64,000 nucleotides of DNA, from the NCBI GenBank assembly GCA_963759915.1, contig CAVXBJ010000037.1, positions 828 to 64,827 on the forward strand. Reading direction: 5' to 3'. Shown here piece by piece: positions 34,293 through 45,340 of the stretch. Made by a program: the position numbers and the translations under genes. How positions within the stretch are numbered: the stretch's first letter is position 1; every line of letters starts with the position of its first letter. The stretch comes from an uncultured Actinomycetota bacterium (lineage in GTDB: Bacteria > Actinomycetota > Actinomycetes > Propionibacteriales > Propionibacteriaceae). Under the pieces are notes generated by a model, which worked only from the letters and a program-made list of their open reading frames with translations, did no database searches and was not told the origin of the DNA.

Positions 34293-35412
34293 CCGCCCTG
34301 GTGGTGACGAACGCATTCCCGCCCCGGATCGGTGCATCGAGTCTTCGTGGCATGGCGTGCCGCCTACTCGATGACGACGCGGCTGTGTTGACCTCGAGGC
34401 CTGGGGGTCGGCGTACGGACGTCGGGGCTCGGCAACCCGGTCGAGCGTCTGCCGGGACCGCTGCTGCCGACACCTGCCGTCGGTCGCGCGCCGTTGATCT
34501 TTCTGCCGCAGCGGGGCCGATCGGTGTCGTTCGGCGCGGCGGCCCCCTCGCCCTGCCCGCCCCGACCCTGCGGGCGGCCGGTGCACACCGGATCGTCGCC
34601 CTGACCCACGCCACGAGACTGGTGGGCAACGTGCCCGTCTCCCGGATACTGTCCGCCGGATCGGCGACGAGGTGGACGTGCTGACGACGATCTCCGACTA
34701 CGTGATGGAGCGGACCGCGTCGTGCTCAGTCCTTCCGGTCGCGCCAAGCGGGCCCGAACGCCCCGCCGGTGGACCTGGGCGTCTTCCGGCCCGCCGACTC
34801 GCCGATGTTCTGGAGCGGGAACCCCAATAGATGTGGACGGCGGCACAAAACGCGTGGTGGGGGTCGGCCGGCGGCTGCGGGGAAGGGCTTCGACAGCTGC
34901 TGGAGGGTGGGTGCTGCTGGGGCGGGGTGGTCGGTGGGCGGGGCCGGAGCTGGTGCTGGTGGGCGACGGACCGCGCGGCAGCAGCCTCGAACGCGGGCAC
35001 GCCGCTCGCGGCTCGGCGGGGTGATGTTCACCGGGGCCCTGGGTCCGACCGGCGTGCTGGCTCAGCTGTGTCGGGCCGACGTGTTCGCCCTTGCTGTTCC
35101 GGACCAGGCTCGGGGGACTCGATCCCGAGGGTCTGGGGCTGGCCGCGCTGGAGGGGCCGCCTGTGGGCTGCCCGTCGTCGTCGTCGGTGCGGCGGCGACC
35201 CGAGACCGTCGAACACTGGCCGCACCGGCTACGTCGTCGACCTGGACGACCCGTACGAGCTCGCAACCTGACTCGGCGATCTGCTCGCCGATCCTGCTCA
35301 CGCTCCGCGAGCTCGCGGCGCCGGTCGCGGGTTCGTCGGCGACGTTACGGTGCCAAGGGGGCGCGTCCATGCTGTGTACCGCCGCTGGGCCGCCCGGCGT
35401 CGCTACTGCGTG
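34289..35412 (+). CDS. GT4 glycosyltransferase (PimB'/MgtA-like), heavily frameshifted
   Basis: LVVTN.FPPRIG, PLALPAP.LR.AGA.RIVALTH, LVLVGDGP, ADVFA, EGLGL..LE, GLPVVVG fragments. Confidence 0.7.
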
Positions 35413-35456
35413 AGATCGAGATGTGGCTCGCCCGAGCCCGTGCGGAAGGGGGTCCA

Positions 35457-35876
35457 GTGGCTGACCAGACCAGAGACAGACATCGAGATCGTGGCCTCGC
35501 CCGCCGAGGTGATGGCGGCGATCGCCGATGTCCGTCCTACCCCCAGTGGGCGTCGGCGATTAAGCAGGTCGATCGTAAGGACTACCCGGATGGCAAGTCC
35601 GACCACGTCAAGATCAGCTCGAGGACTCCGTGGCCTCGGATCACTACACCCTGCCCTTCCGCTCGTCGCCGACTCGGCGGCTGGAACCTGGTCGAGGGTC
35701 AGCTGCTCAAGGCGATGGACGGGTCGTACCAGCGGCCCCCGTCGGCCAGGACCAGGGTCACGTACGCGTTGTCGGTGGATGTCCGGATGCCGATGATCGG
35801 GATGTTCCGGCGCAAGGCCGAGAAGACGATCATCGACGGCGCGCTGAAGGACCTCAAGCAGCGGGCGGAAGGCTGA
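35457..35876 (+). CDS. SRPBCC / polyketide cyclase family protein (frameshifted)
   Basis: DIEIVASPAEVMAAIAD, YPQW, WNLVEGQLLKAMDGSY, PMIGMFRRKAEKTIIDGALKDLKQRAEG. Confidence 0.8.
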   Translation: MADQTRDRHRDRGLARRGDGGDRRCPSYPQWASAIKQVDRKDYPDGKSDHVKISSRTPWPRITTPCPSARRRLGGWNLVEGQLLKAMDGSYQRPPSARTRVTYALSVDVRMPMIGMFRRKAEKTIIDGALKDLKQRAEG

Positions 35877-35949
35877 CGTCACGCCCGGGCTCGGCGCCGA
35901 CGCCCGTCCGCCCCGGCCCCCGGCGGCCGGCTGCGTACCGACCGACCGG

Positions 35950-37003
35950 TCAGCATCGGGATCGACATCGGCGGCACCAAGGTCGCCGCCGGCGCCGGTG
36001 GACGCGCCGGGGCGCGATCACCGAGCGGCTGCAGGCGCCGAACCCCTCGCACAGCCCGAGGCGGTCGAGGATGCCATCGTCGACCTGGTCACCGAGCTGC
36101 GGTCCCGGCACGCGGCGTCGAGTCGGTCGGATCGGCGCAGCCGGCTGGGTGACAACACCCAGTCCATCGTCCGCTTCTCACCGCACCTGGCCTGGCGCGA
36201 GGAGCCGCTGAAGGACCGGCTGCACGAGCGCATCGATCTCCGCTGATCGTCGACAACGACGCGAACGCGGCGGCCTGGTCGGAGTACCGCTTCGGCGCCG
36301 GTCGGGGCTCGTCGGTGATGGTCTGCATCACCCTGGGCACCGGCATCGGTGGTGGGCTGGTGATCAACGGAGACCTGTTCCGCGGCACCTACGGGATGGC
36401 GGGGGAGTGGGGCCACATGATCAGCGTCCGGGCGGTCACCGGTGCCAGTGCGGCAACCGCGGGTGCTGGGAGCAGTACGCCTCCGGCAACGCCCTGGTCC
36501 GGGAGGCGCGCGAGCTCGCGCGGAGCAACTCGCCGATGGCCTACCGCCTGCTCGAGATGCTGGGCGGCGACCCGGACCAGATCACCGGACCGGGGGTGAC
36601 CGCGGCCGCCCTCCAGGGCGAGCAGACCGCGATCGAGCTGCTGGCCGACGTCGGACAGTGGCTGGGGCAGGGCATCGCCAACCTGGCCGCCGCGCTCGAT
36701 CCCGACCTGGTCGTGATCGGCGGCGGGGTGAGTGCGGCGGGGGACCTGCTGCTGCAGCCGGCGCGGCAGATGTTCGCCCGGACGCTGACCGGCCGCGGCT
36801 TCCGGCAGCAGGCCCGGTTGGAGCTGGCGCACTTCCGCAACGACGCCGGGTTGATCGGCGCCGCGGACCTGGCGCGGCACGCGGTCCTCGATCCGCCGAT
36901 GGCCGATCGCGGCGGGTTCTGGCCGGGCCGCGGTCGCCGGCTGCGGCTCAGAGGACGGCGCCGTCTCCTGCGTCGGGCGGACGCTGACGCGGAAGGCGAC
37001 TGA
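35950..37003 (+). CDS. glk: ROK family glucokinase (frameshifted, start uncertain)
   Basis: SIGIDIGGTKVAAG, VDNDANAAAWSEYRFGAG, ITLGTGIGGG, GEWGH, CQCGNRGCWEQYASG, GLIGAADLAR. Confidence 0.88.
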
Positions 37004-37413
37004 CCAGCAGCGCGAAGCCCCCGACGAAGCCGAGGATGCCGGCCCCGGCCGCCCACTGCGGGAGCGCGATGCCGATGGCGATCGCCAGCACGGTCGAGCA
37101 TCGCGTACCCGAGACCGATCCAGCCGACCAGCACGGGCCAGGCGGGTCGCGGCAGCGGGGGCGGTGGGCCGGGGTCGAAGCGGTCGGCCGGCTGCGGTTC
37201 GCTGTCTGCGTTCGGGTCCGGGGCAGGGAGGGCCGGTGGTGGCGCGGCCGGAGGCAGTGGCGTCGGGACCTCGAAGACGGAGCCGGGCGCCGGCGTACGA
37301 CCGGTGGTCGGGCCGTCCCACTCGTGATCGGGCCGGTCCGCGGTCAGATGGAAACCGGCGACCAGCTCGGCGAACGCGCGGTCCACCGACTCCTTGTCGT
37401 CGGCGTCGGTCAT
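36948..37413 (-). CDS. conserved hypothetical membrane protein (frameshifted)
   Basis: VDRAFAELVAGF...F.P.PPPPLPRP...FVGGFALLVSRLP...DGAVL* family pattern. Confidence 0.7.
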
Positions 37414-37444
37414 GAGCGAAGCCTCTCGGGCTCTCGGGACGGTG

Positions 37445-38389
37445 TCAGCCCGGGCGGACCGCACCCGCGTACGGCATCGAGCTGATCTTGCTGTAGGAGA
37501 CCGTCTTGCCCGGACGGGGGGCGTTGAGGACCATCCCGTTGCCAGCGTACAGACCGACGTGGCTGGGGCGGGAGCCGTAGAAGAAGACCAGGTCGCCCGG
37601 CCGCAGGTCCGCTCGCGCGACTCGTTGACCGACCTTCACCTGCGTGTACGTGGTGCGCGGGATGGACACCCCGGCCGCGCGCCAGGCCGCCTGGGTGAGC
37701 CCGGAGCAGTCCCAGCGATTCGGACCCGTGGCGCCGTAGACGTACGGCTCACCGAGCTGGGCCCGACCGAACGCGAGGGCGATCTCCCCCTTGGTGGACC
37801 CGCTGACCGGCGCCGGCTGGACGATCGGACTCGCGACGGGTGCGCCCCCGGGGGACGGGCTGACGGAGCCGCCGACGGCCTCGGCGAGGTACGCCGCGTA
37901 GACCCAGCGCAGCGAGCCCTGGTGCCGGAACTCGGCGTACCCGCTGCCGTACCGACCGGTGAGGGTGATGACGCTGCCCTCGGCCAGCTCACCCACCACC
38001 CGATTCCGGGCGCTCGCGCCGGAGCGGATGTTGAGCTCGGCGGTGGCGATCCGGGTGCCGGCCGTCGGGAGCCGCTTGGGCGCGGCGGGTCGGGCGCCGG
38101 AGCGGTCGAGGTACTCGCCGTCCATGTAGGCGGTGCCGCTCCGGAACCGGACCTTCACCCAGTCACCGGAGGCGGCGCCGGTGACCGTGATCTTCTGACC
38201 GCGGATCAGGCGGCCGACGACGGCCGACGACGTGCTCGCTCCGGTCCGGATGTTCACGGTCGTGGTCGCGACCCCGGAGCTGGACGCGGCCTCCGCCGTG
38301 GAGACCCCCGAGGTGGCACAGAGGGCTGCAGCACTGCCCAGGGCGGCGATCACCGTGATCGCCCGTCGGCCGGCTGAGGCCATGGACAA
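37445..38389 (-). CDS. secreted SH3b-SH3b-NlpC/P60 cell-wall hydrolase
   Basis: VNIRTGAST and LNIRSGASA SH3 repeats; QLGEPYVYGATGPNRWDCSGLT, PGDLVFF, HVGLYAG. Confidence 0.92.
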   Translation of the reverse strand: MSMASAGRRAITVIAALGSAAALCATSGVSTAEAASSSGVATTTVNIRTGASTSSAVVGRLIRGQKITVTGAASGDWVKVRFRSGTAYMDGEYLDRSGARPAAPKRLPTAGTRIATAELNIRSGASARNRVVGELAEGSVITLTGRYGSGYAEFRHQGSLRWVYAAYLAEAVGGSVSPSPGGAPVASPIVQPAPVSGSTKGEIALAFGRAQLGEPYVYGATGPNRWDCSGLTQAAWRAAGVSIPRTTYTQVKVGQRVARADLRPGDLVFFYGSRPSHVGLYAGNGMVLNAPRPGKTVSYSKISSMPYAGAVRPG

Positions 38390-38446
38390 CTCCTTTGGTC
38401 ACTTCAGTCACAGGAGACTGAGATTTCCTCAGGAGGCTAACCACGC

Positions 38447-38470
38447 AACGTTGGTCACGGCAAGGTCACG
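38447..38470 (-). promoter_or_regulatory. OmpR-family (MtrA-like) direct repeat upstream of the SH3-NlpC/P60 gene
   Basis: Minus strand GTGACC-ttgcc-GTGACC-AACGTT, same architecture as 31866-31888. Confidence 0.5.
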
Positions 38471-38539
38471 AGGGTCAATTCGACGAACTATGCAACGCGA
38501 CACGCCGTCGAGGTTGAGATGAGGTTGAGACTTTCCGCG

Positions 38540-39319
38540 TCAGGCGGACAGGCGGCGGAAGAACTCGACCGACGCGGCGAAGATGTCGTCGGCCTCGTAG
38601 TCCAGCGTGGCGACGTGGTAGCTCCGCGTGAGCGTCCGGTACTCCACGTCGGCCGAGCCGACCCGCTCCTTCAGGATCGCGACCGACGACGGGTCGACCA
38701 CGTGGTCCTGCTCGGAGCGGAAGACCAGCAGGGGCTGGGTGACCCGGTCCAGGTGCGCCACCACGTCGGCCCACAGGTAGGTCTGGGAGTGGAGCGCGTG
38801 CAGCGGGTTGCGGTCGTACGCGACCTCGCGCGAGCTCGGGTCGGCGACGTCGTTGCCGATCGCGGCCAGCGACGGCAGGACGTGATGCAGCACCGGCAGG
38901 ATCTTCATCCGGGGATCGGCGATGTGGATGGCCGGATTGACCAGCACGAGCCCCGCCACCTCGTCCCCGTGCTGCTCGGCCAGGCGCAGACTCAGCGCCC
39001 CACCCATCGACAGCCCGGCGAGGAACACCCGGTCGCAGCGGGCCCGGAGGGCGGCGAAGGCGGCGTCGGCGTGGGCGTACCAGTCGGTCCAGGCCGTCTG
39101 GTTCAGCTCCTTCCAGTGGGTGCCGTGCCCCGGCAGCCTGGGCAACGAGACCGCGAAGCCCGCCGCCGCCAGGTGCTCGGCCCAGGGGCGCATCGACTGC
39201 GGGGTGCCGGTGAAACCGTGGACCAGCAGCACACCGTCCGGTCCGTCGCCCGCCTCGTACGGCTGGATCGCCGGATCGTCGGCCAGGGAGGGCGGGGCGG
39301 GGTCGTCGCACGCGGCCAC
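38540..39319 (-). CDS. alpha/beta hydrolase (carboxylesterase/monoacylglycerol lipase)
   Basis: HGFTG, LPGHGT, GLSMGG nucleophile, DHVV, SYHVATLD. Confidence 0.9.
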   Translation of the reverse strand: MAACDDPAPPSLADDPAIQPYEAGDGPDGVLLVHGFTGTPQSMRPWAEHLAAAGFAVSLPRLPGHGTHWKELNQTAWTDWYAHADAAFAALRARCDRVFLAGLSMGGALSLRLAEQHGDEVAGLVLVNPAIHIADPRMKILPVLHHVLPSLAAIGNDVADPSSREVAYDRNPLHALHSQTYLWADVVAHLDRVTQPLLVFRSEQDHVVDPSSVAILKERVGSADVEYRTLTRSYHVATLDYEADDIFAASVEFFRRLSA

Positions 39320-39457
39320 GGAACCGGTCGACGAGCCGGACGACGGGTCGGAGGGCCTGGCCCAGCACGGACGTCACGTGCGCATGGTGGCACAGACGCC
39401 GCGAGCGGGCGCGCCCGATCCACTAGGCTCACGCTGAATCAGGGTTCTGGAGGGGCG

Positions 39458-40283
39458 TTGTTCTACTGGATCTTCAAGTGGTCGCTGTTCTTGCCGGTCG
39501 TTCGGCTGGTCTGGCGACCCAAGGTGACCGGTCGGGAGAACGTCCCCGAGTCCGGGCCCGCCATCGTGGTCTGCAACCACACCTCGGCCGTGGAGACCTT
39601 CATCGTCCCGGCCGTCATCCCGCGACGCCTGACCTTTCCCGCCAAGGCGGAGCTGTTCGCCGAGGGCGGCGGGCCGGCCAAGCGTCTCGTCGCCTGGTTC
39701 CTCACCGTGGTCGGGCAGGTGCCGATGGACCGTTCCGGCGGTCGCGCCAGCGCGGGCAGCATGGACAGCGTGCTGCAGGTGCTGAAGAACGGTGAGCTGC
39801 TCGCCATCTTCCCCGAGGGCACGCGCTCGCCGGACGGGCGCCTCTACAAGGGGAAGACCGGGGTGGCCCGGCTGGTCCTGCAGGCCCAGGTGCCGGTCAT
39901 CCCGGTCGGCATCCGCGACACCCGCGTCCAGCGGACCCGACGGTTCAACATCCCCTACTACCGACGCGCGAAGATCGCGATCGGGGCGCCGATCGACTTC
40001 GGCCGGTACGCCTCCGCGGCCGGTGACCGCAACGTGCTGCGCTACGTCACCGACGAGATCATGGCGGCCGTGCAGGAGCAGTCGGGTCAGGAGTACGTCG
40101 ACGCGTACGGCGCCTCGGTCAAGGCCGCGCTGGCCGACGGTCGCGAGCTCGCGTCCGCCGTCGTGGTGACCCGGCCCGGGCTGGGTCGGCCGGTGCCGCC
40201 GGTGCCCGGCACACCGTCCCCGCACCGGCCGGTCCCGGCCGACGCCCGCGCCCGCCGAGACCGTCGAGGACGTGACCACGTGA
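39458..40283 (+). CDS. 1-acyl-sn-glycerol-3-phosphate acyltransferase family (paralog 1; end approximate)
   Basis: CNHTSAVE (HX4E), FPAKAE, FPEGTRSPDGRLYKGKTG, SGQEYVD. Confidence 0.85.
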
Positions 40284-41178
40284 GCGATTCCGCCCGCGAC
40301 GCCGAGAAGGCAGCGCGCAAGGCGGCGAAGGACGCCGAGAAGCGAGCCCGGGCGGTGGCCAGGTCGCGGGCCCGGCGGGGCGCCTCAGGGGCCGAGCTGG
40401 CGGTCGTCCCGCCCGAGGGACGAAGGGCCGACGGCGATGACGGGGCGAGGGTCGCGGTCTCTACTGGGTGATGCGCAACGTGCTGCTCGGCCCGCCGGTC
40501 AAGAAGATCTTCTCCCCGATCGTGGAGGGCGCCGACAACGTGCCGGAGAAGGGTGGGGCGATCCTCGCGGCCAACCACCTGTCGTTCGCGGACTGGGTGT
40601 TCATGCCGCTGGCGCTGGACCGCCGGATCACCTTCGTGGCCAAGTCCGACTACTTCACCGGTGAGGGCGTCAAGGGCTGGGCGCAGCGGCGGTTCTTCGC
40701 CGGTACCGGGCAGGTGCCGATCGATCGCAGCGGCGGACGCGCCTCGGAGGGGGCATTGCGCGCCGGGATGAAGGTGCTGGAACGGGGTGACCTGTTCGGC
40801 ATCTTCCCCGAGGGCACCCGCAGCCACGACGGCCGGCTGTACAAGGGTCGGACGGGTGTCGCACGGATGGCGCTGGAGGCCCAGGTGCCGGTGATCCCGG
40901 TCGCCGTGATCGGCACCGACGTGATCGCCCCGCCCGGCAAGGTGCTGAGCAAGGTGATGAGCCCGACGGTCAAGTTCGGCACGCCGCTGGACTTCTCCCG
41001 CTACGAGGGCATGAGCGGGGACCGGTTCATCCTGCGCTCGGTCACCGACGAGATCATGTACGCGATCATGGAGCTGTCCGGTCAGGAGTACGTCGACCTC
41101 TACGCCTCCTCAGCCAAGGAGCTCGCCGCCAAGCAGGCGAAGCAGGACGAGGCGGACGAGGTCTCGCCGCAGACCTGA
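40280..41178 (+). CDS. plsC: 1-acyl-sn-glycerol-3-phosphate acyltransferase (paralog 2; N-terminal extension frameshifted)
   Basis: ANHLSFAD (HX4D), FVAKSDYF, FPEGTRSHDGRLYKGRTG. Confidence 0.88.
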
Positions 41179-41213
41179 GCCGCCGTCCGTGCGCCCGCGG
41201 TCACGCTCAGCGC

Positions 41214-42114
41214 TCAGGGTGTCCAGGCGGCCAGCTGCTGCGCGGTCGGGTACGACGGCTGCGCGCCCTTGCCCGTCGCCGCGTACGCGCCCACCCGGAC
41301 GGCCGTCTCGACCGCGTCGGGCAGCTCGTCACCGGCGGCCAGCCGACTGATCAGCGCACCCGCGAACGCGTCGCCGCAGCCGGTGGTGTCGACCACCTCG
41401 ACCTTCGGCGAGGCGACCCGTCGACTCGTCCCGGTGGCGGCGTCGAGGATGGCGGCACCGGCGTCGCCCAGGGTCACGACGGTGCGCCCGACGCCGGCGT
41501 CCGCCAGCCGGCCCAGCGCCTCGTCGAGCTCGTCGAAGGAGCCGACCAGCTGCTCGAGCTCGATCTCGTTCACCAGCAGCACGTCCACGCCGGCCAGCAC
41601 CTCGGGGTCGACCCGGCGGTAGGGCGACAGGTTGAGGACCACGGTGGCCCCGACCTCGCGGGCCCGGGCGACCGCGGCGGCCACCGTCGTCGCCTCGATC
41701 TCCAGGCAGAGGCCCACGACCGCGGTCCCGTCGTCGATCCCGGCGCGCGCGTCGTCGGCCGACAGCCGGGCGTTGGCGCCGGGCGAGATGATGATCGTGT
41801 TCTCGCCCGCGCCGTCCACGGTGATCATCGCGGTCCCGGTGGCGACGTCGAGGGACCGGATCCGCTCCGTCCGCACCCCGGCCGACGTCGGCGGCGGCGA
41901 GCAGCAGGCGACCGTGGTCGTCGGCGCCGACCGCGCCGATCATGGTCACGTCGGCCCCGAGGAGGCCGGCGGCCGCCGCCTGGTTGGCTCCCTTGCCCCC
42001 CGGCCGGACGGTCAGGTCCGAACCGCGGACCGTCTCCCCGGGCCGCGGTAGCGCGGCGACCTCGACGAACAGGTCGGCGTTCAGGGACCCGACGATCACC
42101 ACTGGTGCGCTCAT
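41214..42114 (-). CDS. rbsK: ribokinase (PfkB family), frameshift ~41880
   Basis: VGSLNAD, PGGKGANQA, NEIE, TLGDAG, VDTTGCGDAF. Confidence 0.85.
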
Positions 42115-42158
42115 GGAATCCGATTCTGCTGGTCGGTCGCCACGTCTACAGTTGGCGG

Positions 42159-43554
42159 GTGCCCGACAACCCGCCCATTCCCACCATGGACGAGCTCCAC
42201 GCGCTCAATCCGCTGCAGCAGCCGACGTACGACGACGCGGGCGAGGTCGCCCAGGTCGTCGCCCGGCTGCGCTCCCTGCCGCCGCTGGTGTTCGCCGGCG
42301 AGTGCGACAGCCTGCGCAGCAAGATGGCCAGCGTCGCGGCGGGGGAGTCGTTCATCCTGCAGGGCGGCGACTGCGCCGAGACGTTCGACGGGGTGACCGC
42401 GGCCAACATCCAGGGCAAGCTGCGGACGCTGCTGTCGATGGCGGTCGTGCTGACGTACGCCGCGCAGGTGCCGATCGTCAAGGTCGGCCGGATGGCCGGG
42501 CAGTACACGAAGCCCCGCTCCGCCGCGACCGAGACCCGCGGCGACGTCACCCTGCCGGCCTACCGGGGCGACGCGGTCAACGGCTTCCCGTTCACCGCCG
42601 AGGCCCGCCGGCACGATCCGCAGCGGTTGCTCGGGGTCTACAACGCGTCGGCGGCGACCCTCAACCTCGTCCGCGCGTTCGTGACCGGCGGTTTCGCCCA
42701 CCTCCGCAGCGTCCACCACTGGAACGCCGACTTCGCGAAGAGCTCCGCCGCGAGCGTGCAGTACCAGACGCTCGCCGAGCGAGATCGATCGCGCGCTCGC
42801 CTTCATGGTGGCCTGCGGCATCGACGACGACGTGTTCAACACCGTCGACTTCTTCGCCAGCCACGAGGCGCTCAGCCTCGAGTACGAGCACGCGATGACC
42901 CGGACCGACTCGCGGACCCATCTGCCGTACAACGTGTCCGGGCACTTCCTCTGGATCGGTGAGCGGACCCGTCAGCTGGAGGGTGCGCACGTCGAGCTGC
43001 TCCGGCACGTCCGCAACCCGCTCGGCGTGAAGCTCGGGCCGACGACCACCGCGGACACCGCGCTGGAGCTGGCCGACCGACTCGACCCCGACCACGAGCC
43101 CGGCCGGATCACCTTCATCACCCGGATGGGGGCGCACCGGGTCCGCGACCTGCTGCCCGACATCGTCGCCAAGGTGACCGCCAGCGGCCGTCAGGTCGCC
43201 TGGGTCTGCGACCCGATGCACGGCAACACCTTCGAGGCCCGGAACGGGTTCAAGACCCGGGCGTTCTCCGACGTGATCAGCGAGCTCAACGGCTTCTTCG
43301 ACGTGCACGAGGAGCTGGGCACCTGGCCCGGTGGGGTGCACGTCGAGCTGACCGGCGACGACGTCACCGAGTGCGTCGGCGGCAGCGACGACCTGGTCGA
43401 GGCGGACCTGGTCAACCGGTACGAGACCCTGTGCGACCCGCGGCTGAACCGGAACCAGTCACTGGAGCTCGCCTTCCTGGTGGCCGAGCGGTTGACCACC
43501 GGGCGGATCCGGCGGGCCAACCCGGTGCAGTCGTTCGTGCCGGTCTCGTTCTGA
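42159..43554 (+). CDS. class II DAHP synthase (frameshift ~42780)
   Basis: LQGGDCAE, GRMAGQYTKPRS, YRGD, LWIGERTRQ, CDPMHGN, CDPRLN; TACAGT -10 element (leaderless GTG). Confidence 0.95.
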
Positions 43555-43569
43555 ACCGGGCGCTGTCTC

Positions 43570-44598
43570 ATGATCGATCTGCGGTCCGACACCGTCACCG
43601 TGCCCACGCCCGCCATGCGGGAGGCCATGCTCGCCGCCCCCGTGGGGGACGACGTGTACGGCGAGGACCCGACCGTCATCGAGCTGGAGCGCCGGACCGC
43701 GGAGCTGCTCGGCCACGAGGCCGGGTTGTTCTGCACCAGTGGGTCGCTGGCCAACCTGCTGGGTGTGCGCCTGCTCGTCGAGCCCGGCCAGGAGGTCGTC
43801 TGCGACGTCGGAGCGCACATCGCCCGGGCCGAGATGGGGGCGCACGCCGCCGTCCACGGGCTGACGATGAGGACCGTGCCGTCGGTCAACGGGCTGGTGG
43901 ACGTCGACGCGTACGCCGGGGTGATCGCCCCGGACGCCGGTCCCTACCTGGTCTCGACCGCCGCCGTCGCCGTGGAGAACACCCACAACTTCGGTGGCGG
44001 CACCATCCAGCCGTACGACCGACTGGTGGCGCTCGGCGAGCTGTGCCGGTCCGCGGGTCTGGGCTACCACCTGGACGGCGCGCGGCTGTGGAACGCCCAC
44101 GTGGCGACCGGGGTCTCGCTGGCGGCGTACGGGAGTCTGTTCGACACGGTCAGCGTCTGCTTCTCCAAGGGACTCGGCGCCCCGGTCGGCTCGGTGCTGG
44201 TGAGCACGGCGGCGAACATCGCGCAGGCGCGGATCTGGCGGAAGCGGCTCGGCGGCGGCTGGCGGCAGGCCGGCATCCTCGCCGCCGGTGCGCTGCACGC
44301 GCTGGACCAGCACGTCGAACGGCTGGCCGAGGACCACGAAGCCGCCGCCGCCTTCGCCGCCGCCGTGGCCGAGCAGGTGCCGGCGGCGGTCGACGTGACC
44401 GGCGTGCAGACCAACATCGTGGTGCTGAACACCGGAGCCCTCCCGGCCGCCCAGGTCGCCGCCGCGGCCAAGGACCGTGGGGTCTGGGTCTCGGCTCTGG
44501 GACCCCGGATGCTGCGTGCGGTCACCCACCTCGGGGTCGGTGTCGAGGAGGCGCGGACGGCGGGCGAGGTCGTCGGTCGGGTCCTGGCCGACGCCTGA
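43570..44598 (+). CDS. ltaE: low-specificity L-threonine aldolase
   Basis: DLRSDTVT, GDDVYGEDPT, ENTHN, HLDGARLWNA, CFSKGLGAPVGS, GGGWRQAG. Confidence 0.93.
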   Translation: MIDLRSDTVTVPTPAMREAMLAAPVGDDVYGEDPTVIELERRTAELLGHEAGLFCTSGSLANLLGVRLLVEPGQEVVCDVGAHIARAEMGAHAAVHGLTMRTVPSVNGLVDVDAYAGVIAPDAGPYLVSTAAVAVENTHNFGGGTIQPYDRLVALGELCRSAGLGYHLDGARLWNAHVATGVSLAAYGSLFDTVSVCFSKGLGAPVGSVLVSTAANIAQARIWRKRLGGGWRQAGILAAGALHALDQHVERLAEDHEAAAAFAAAVAEQVPAAVDVTGVQTNIVVLNTGALPAAQVAAAAKDRGVWVSALGPRMLRAVTHLGVGVEEARTAGEVVGRVLADA

Positions 44599-44663
44599 CT
44601 CCTCACCCCTGGACGACGGCGCCGGCGTCCTCGGCGAGCTCGTGCACCCGCTTCGGCGACGAA

Positions 44664-44694
44664 CGATGAGTCCGCCCGCTCCGCTCGGTCCTCA
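44664..44694 (+). promoter_or_regulatory. SigG-type ECF promoter
   Basis: CGATGA-N18-GTCctca; reported M. tuberculosis SigG consensus CGATGA-N18-GTCNNTA (one mismatch). Confidence 0.5.
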
Positions 44695-44725
44695 GTGACA
44701 CAGGCGGCGACGAGAGGACTCGATC

Positions 44726-45331
44726 ATGCGTGAACTGCTGGTGACCACCTTCCTCAGTCTCGACGGCGTGATGCAGGCGCCCGGAGGACCCGACGAGGAC
44801 CCGAGCGGCGGCTTCGACCTGGGTGGCTGGTCGTTCCACTACTTCGACGAGGAGGTCGGGGCGGAGATGGAGCAGCTGATGGCCCAGCCGTTCGACCTGT
44901 TGCTCGGGCGGAGGACGTACGACATCTTCGCGGGTTTCTGGCCGACCGCTCCGGAGGACGAGAACTCGATCCCGCTGAACAGGGCGACCAAGTACGTGGC
45001 GTCGCGGGGAGCTCCCGAGCTGACCTGGGACACGTCGGTCCTGCTGACCGGCGACGTCGCCGAAGCGGTCGCCGCCCTGAAGCAGACCGAGGGTCCGCAG
45101 CTCCAGGTCCACGGCAGCGGCGACCTGGTCCAGACGCTGCTCGCGAACGGCCTGGTGGACCGCTGGCACCTGGTGATCCACCCGGTGCTGCTCGGCTCGG
45201 GGCGTCGGCTGTTCGCCGACGGGACGATCCCCGGCTCCCTCCGCCTGCTCGACGGACGGCTGACGAAGGGCGGCACCATCCTCGCGACGTACGAGCCGGT
45301 GGGGGACGTGGTGGTGGGTAGCTTCGGCTGA
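44726..45331 (+). CDS. dihydrofolate reductase / RibD C-terminal domain family protein
   Basis: FLSLDGVMQAPGGPDED..GGF..GGW, LLLGRRTY, VHGSGDL, PVLLGSGRRLF. Confidence 0.9.
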   Translation: MRELLVTTFLSLDGVMQAPGGPDEDPSGGFDLGGWSFHYFDEEVGAEMEQLMAQPFDLLLGRRTYDIFAGFWPTAPEDENSIPLNRATKYVASRGAPELTWDTSVLLTGDVAEAVAALKQTEGPQLQVHGSGDLVQTLLANGLVDRWHLVIHPVLLGSGRRLFADGTIPGSLRLLDGRLTKGGTILATYEPVGDVVVGSFG

Positions 45332-45340
45332 TCCGCGATC

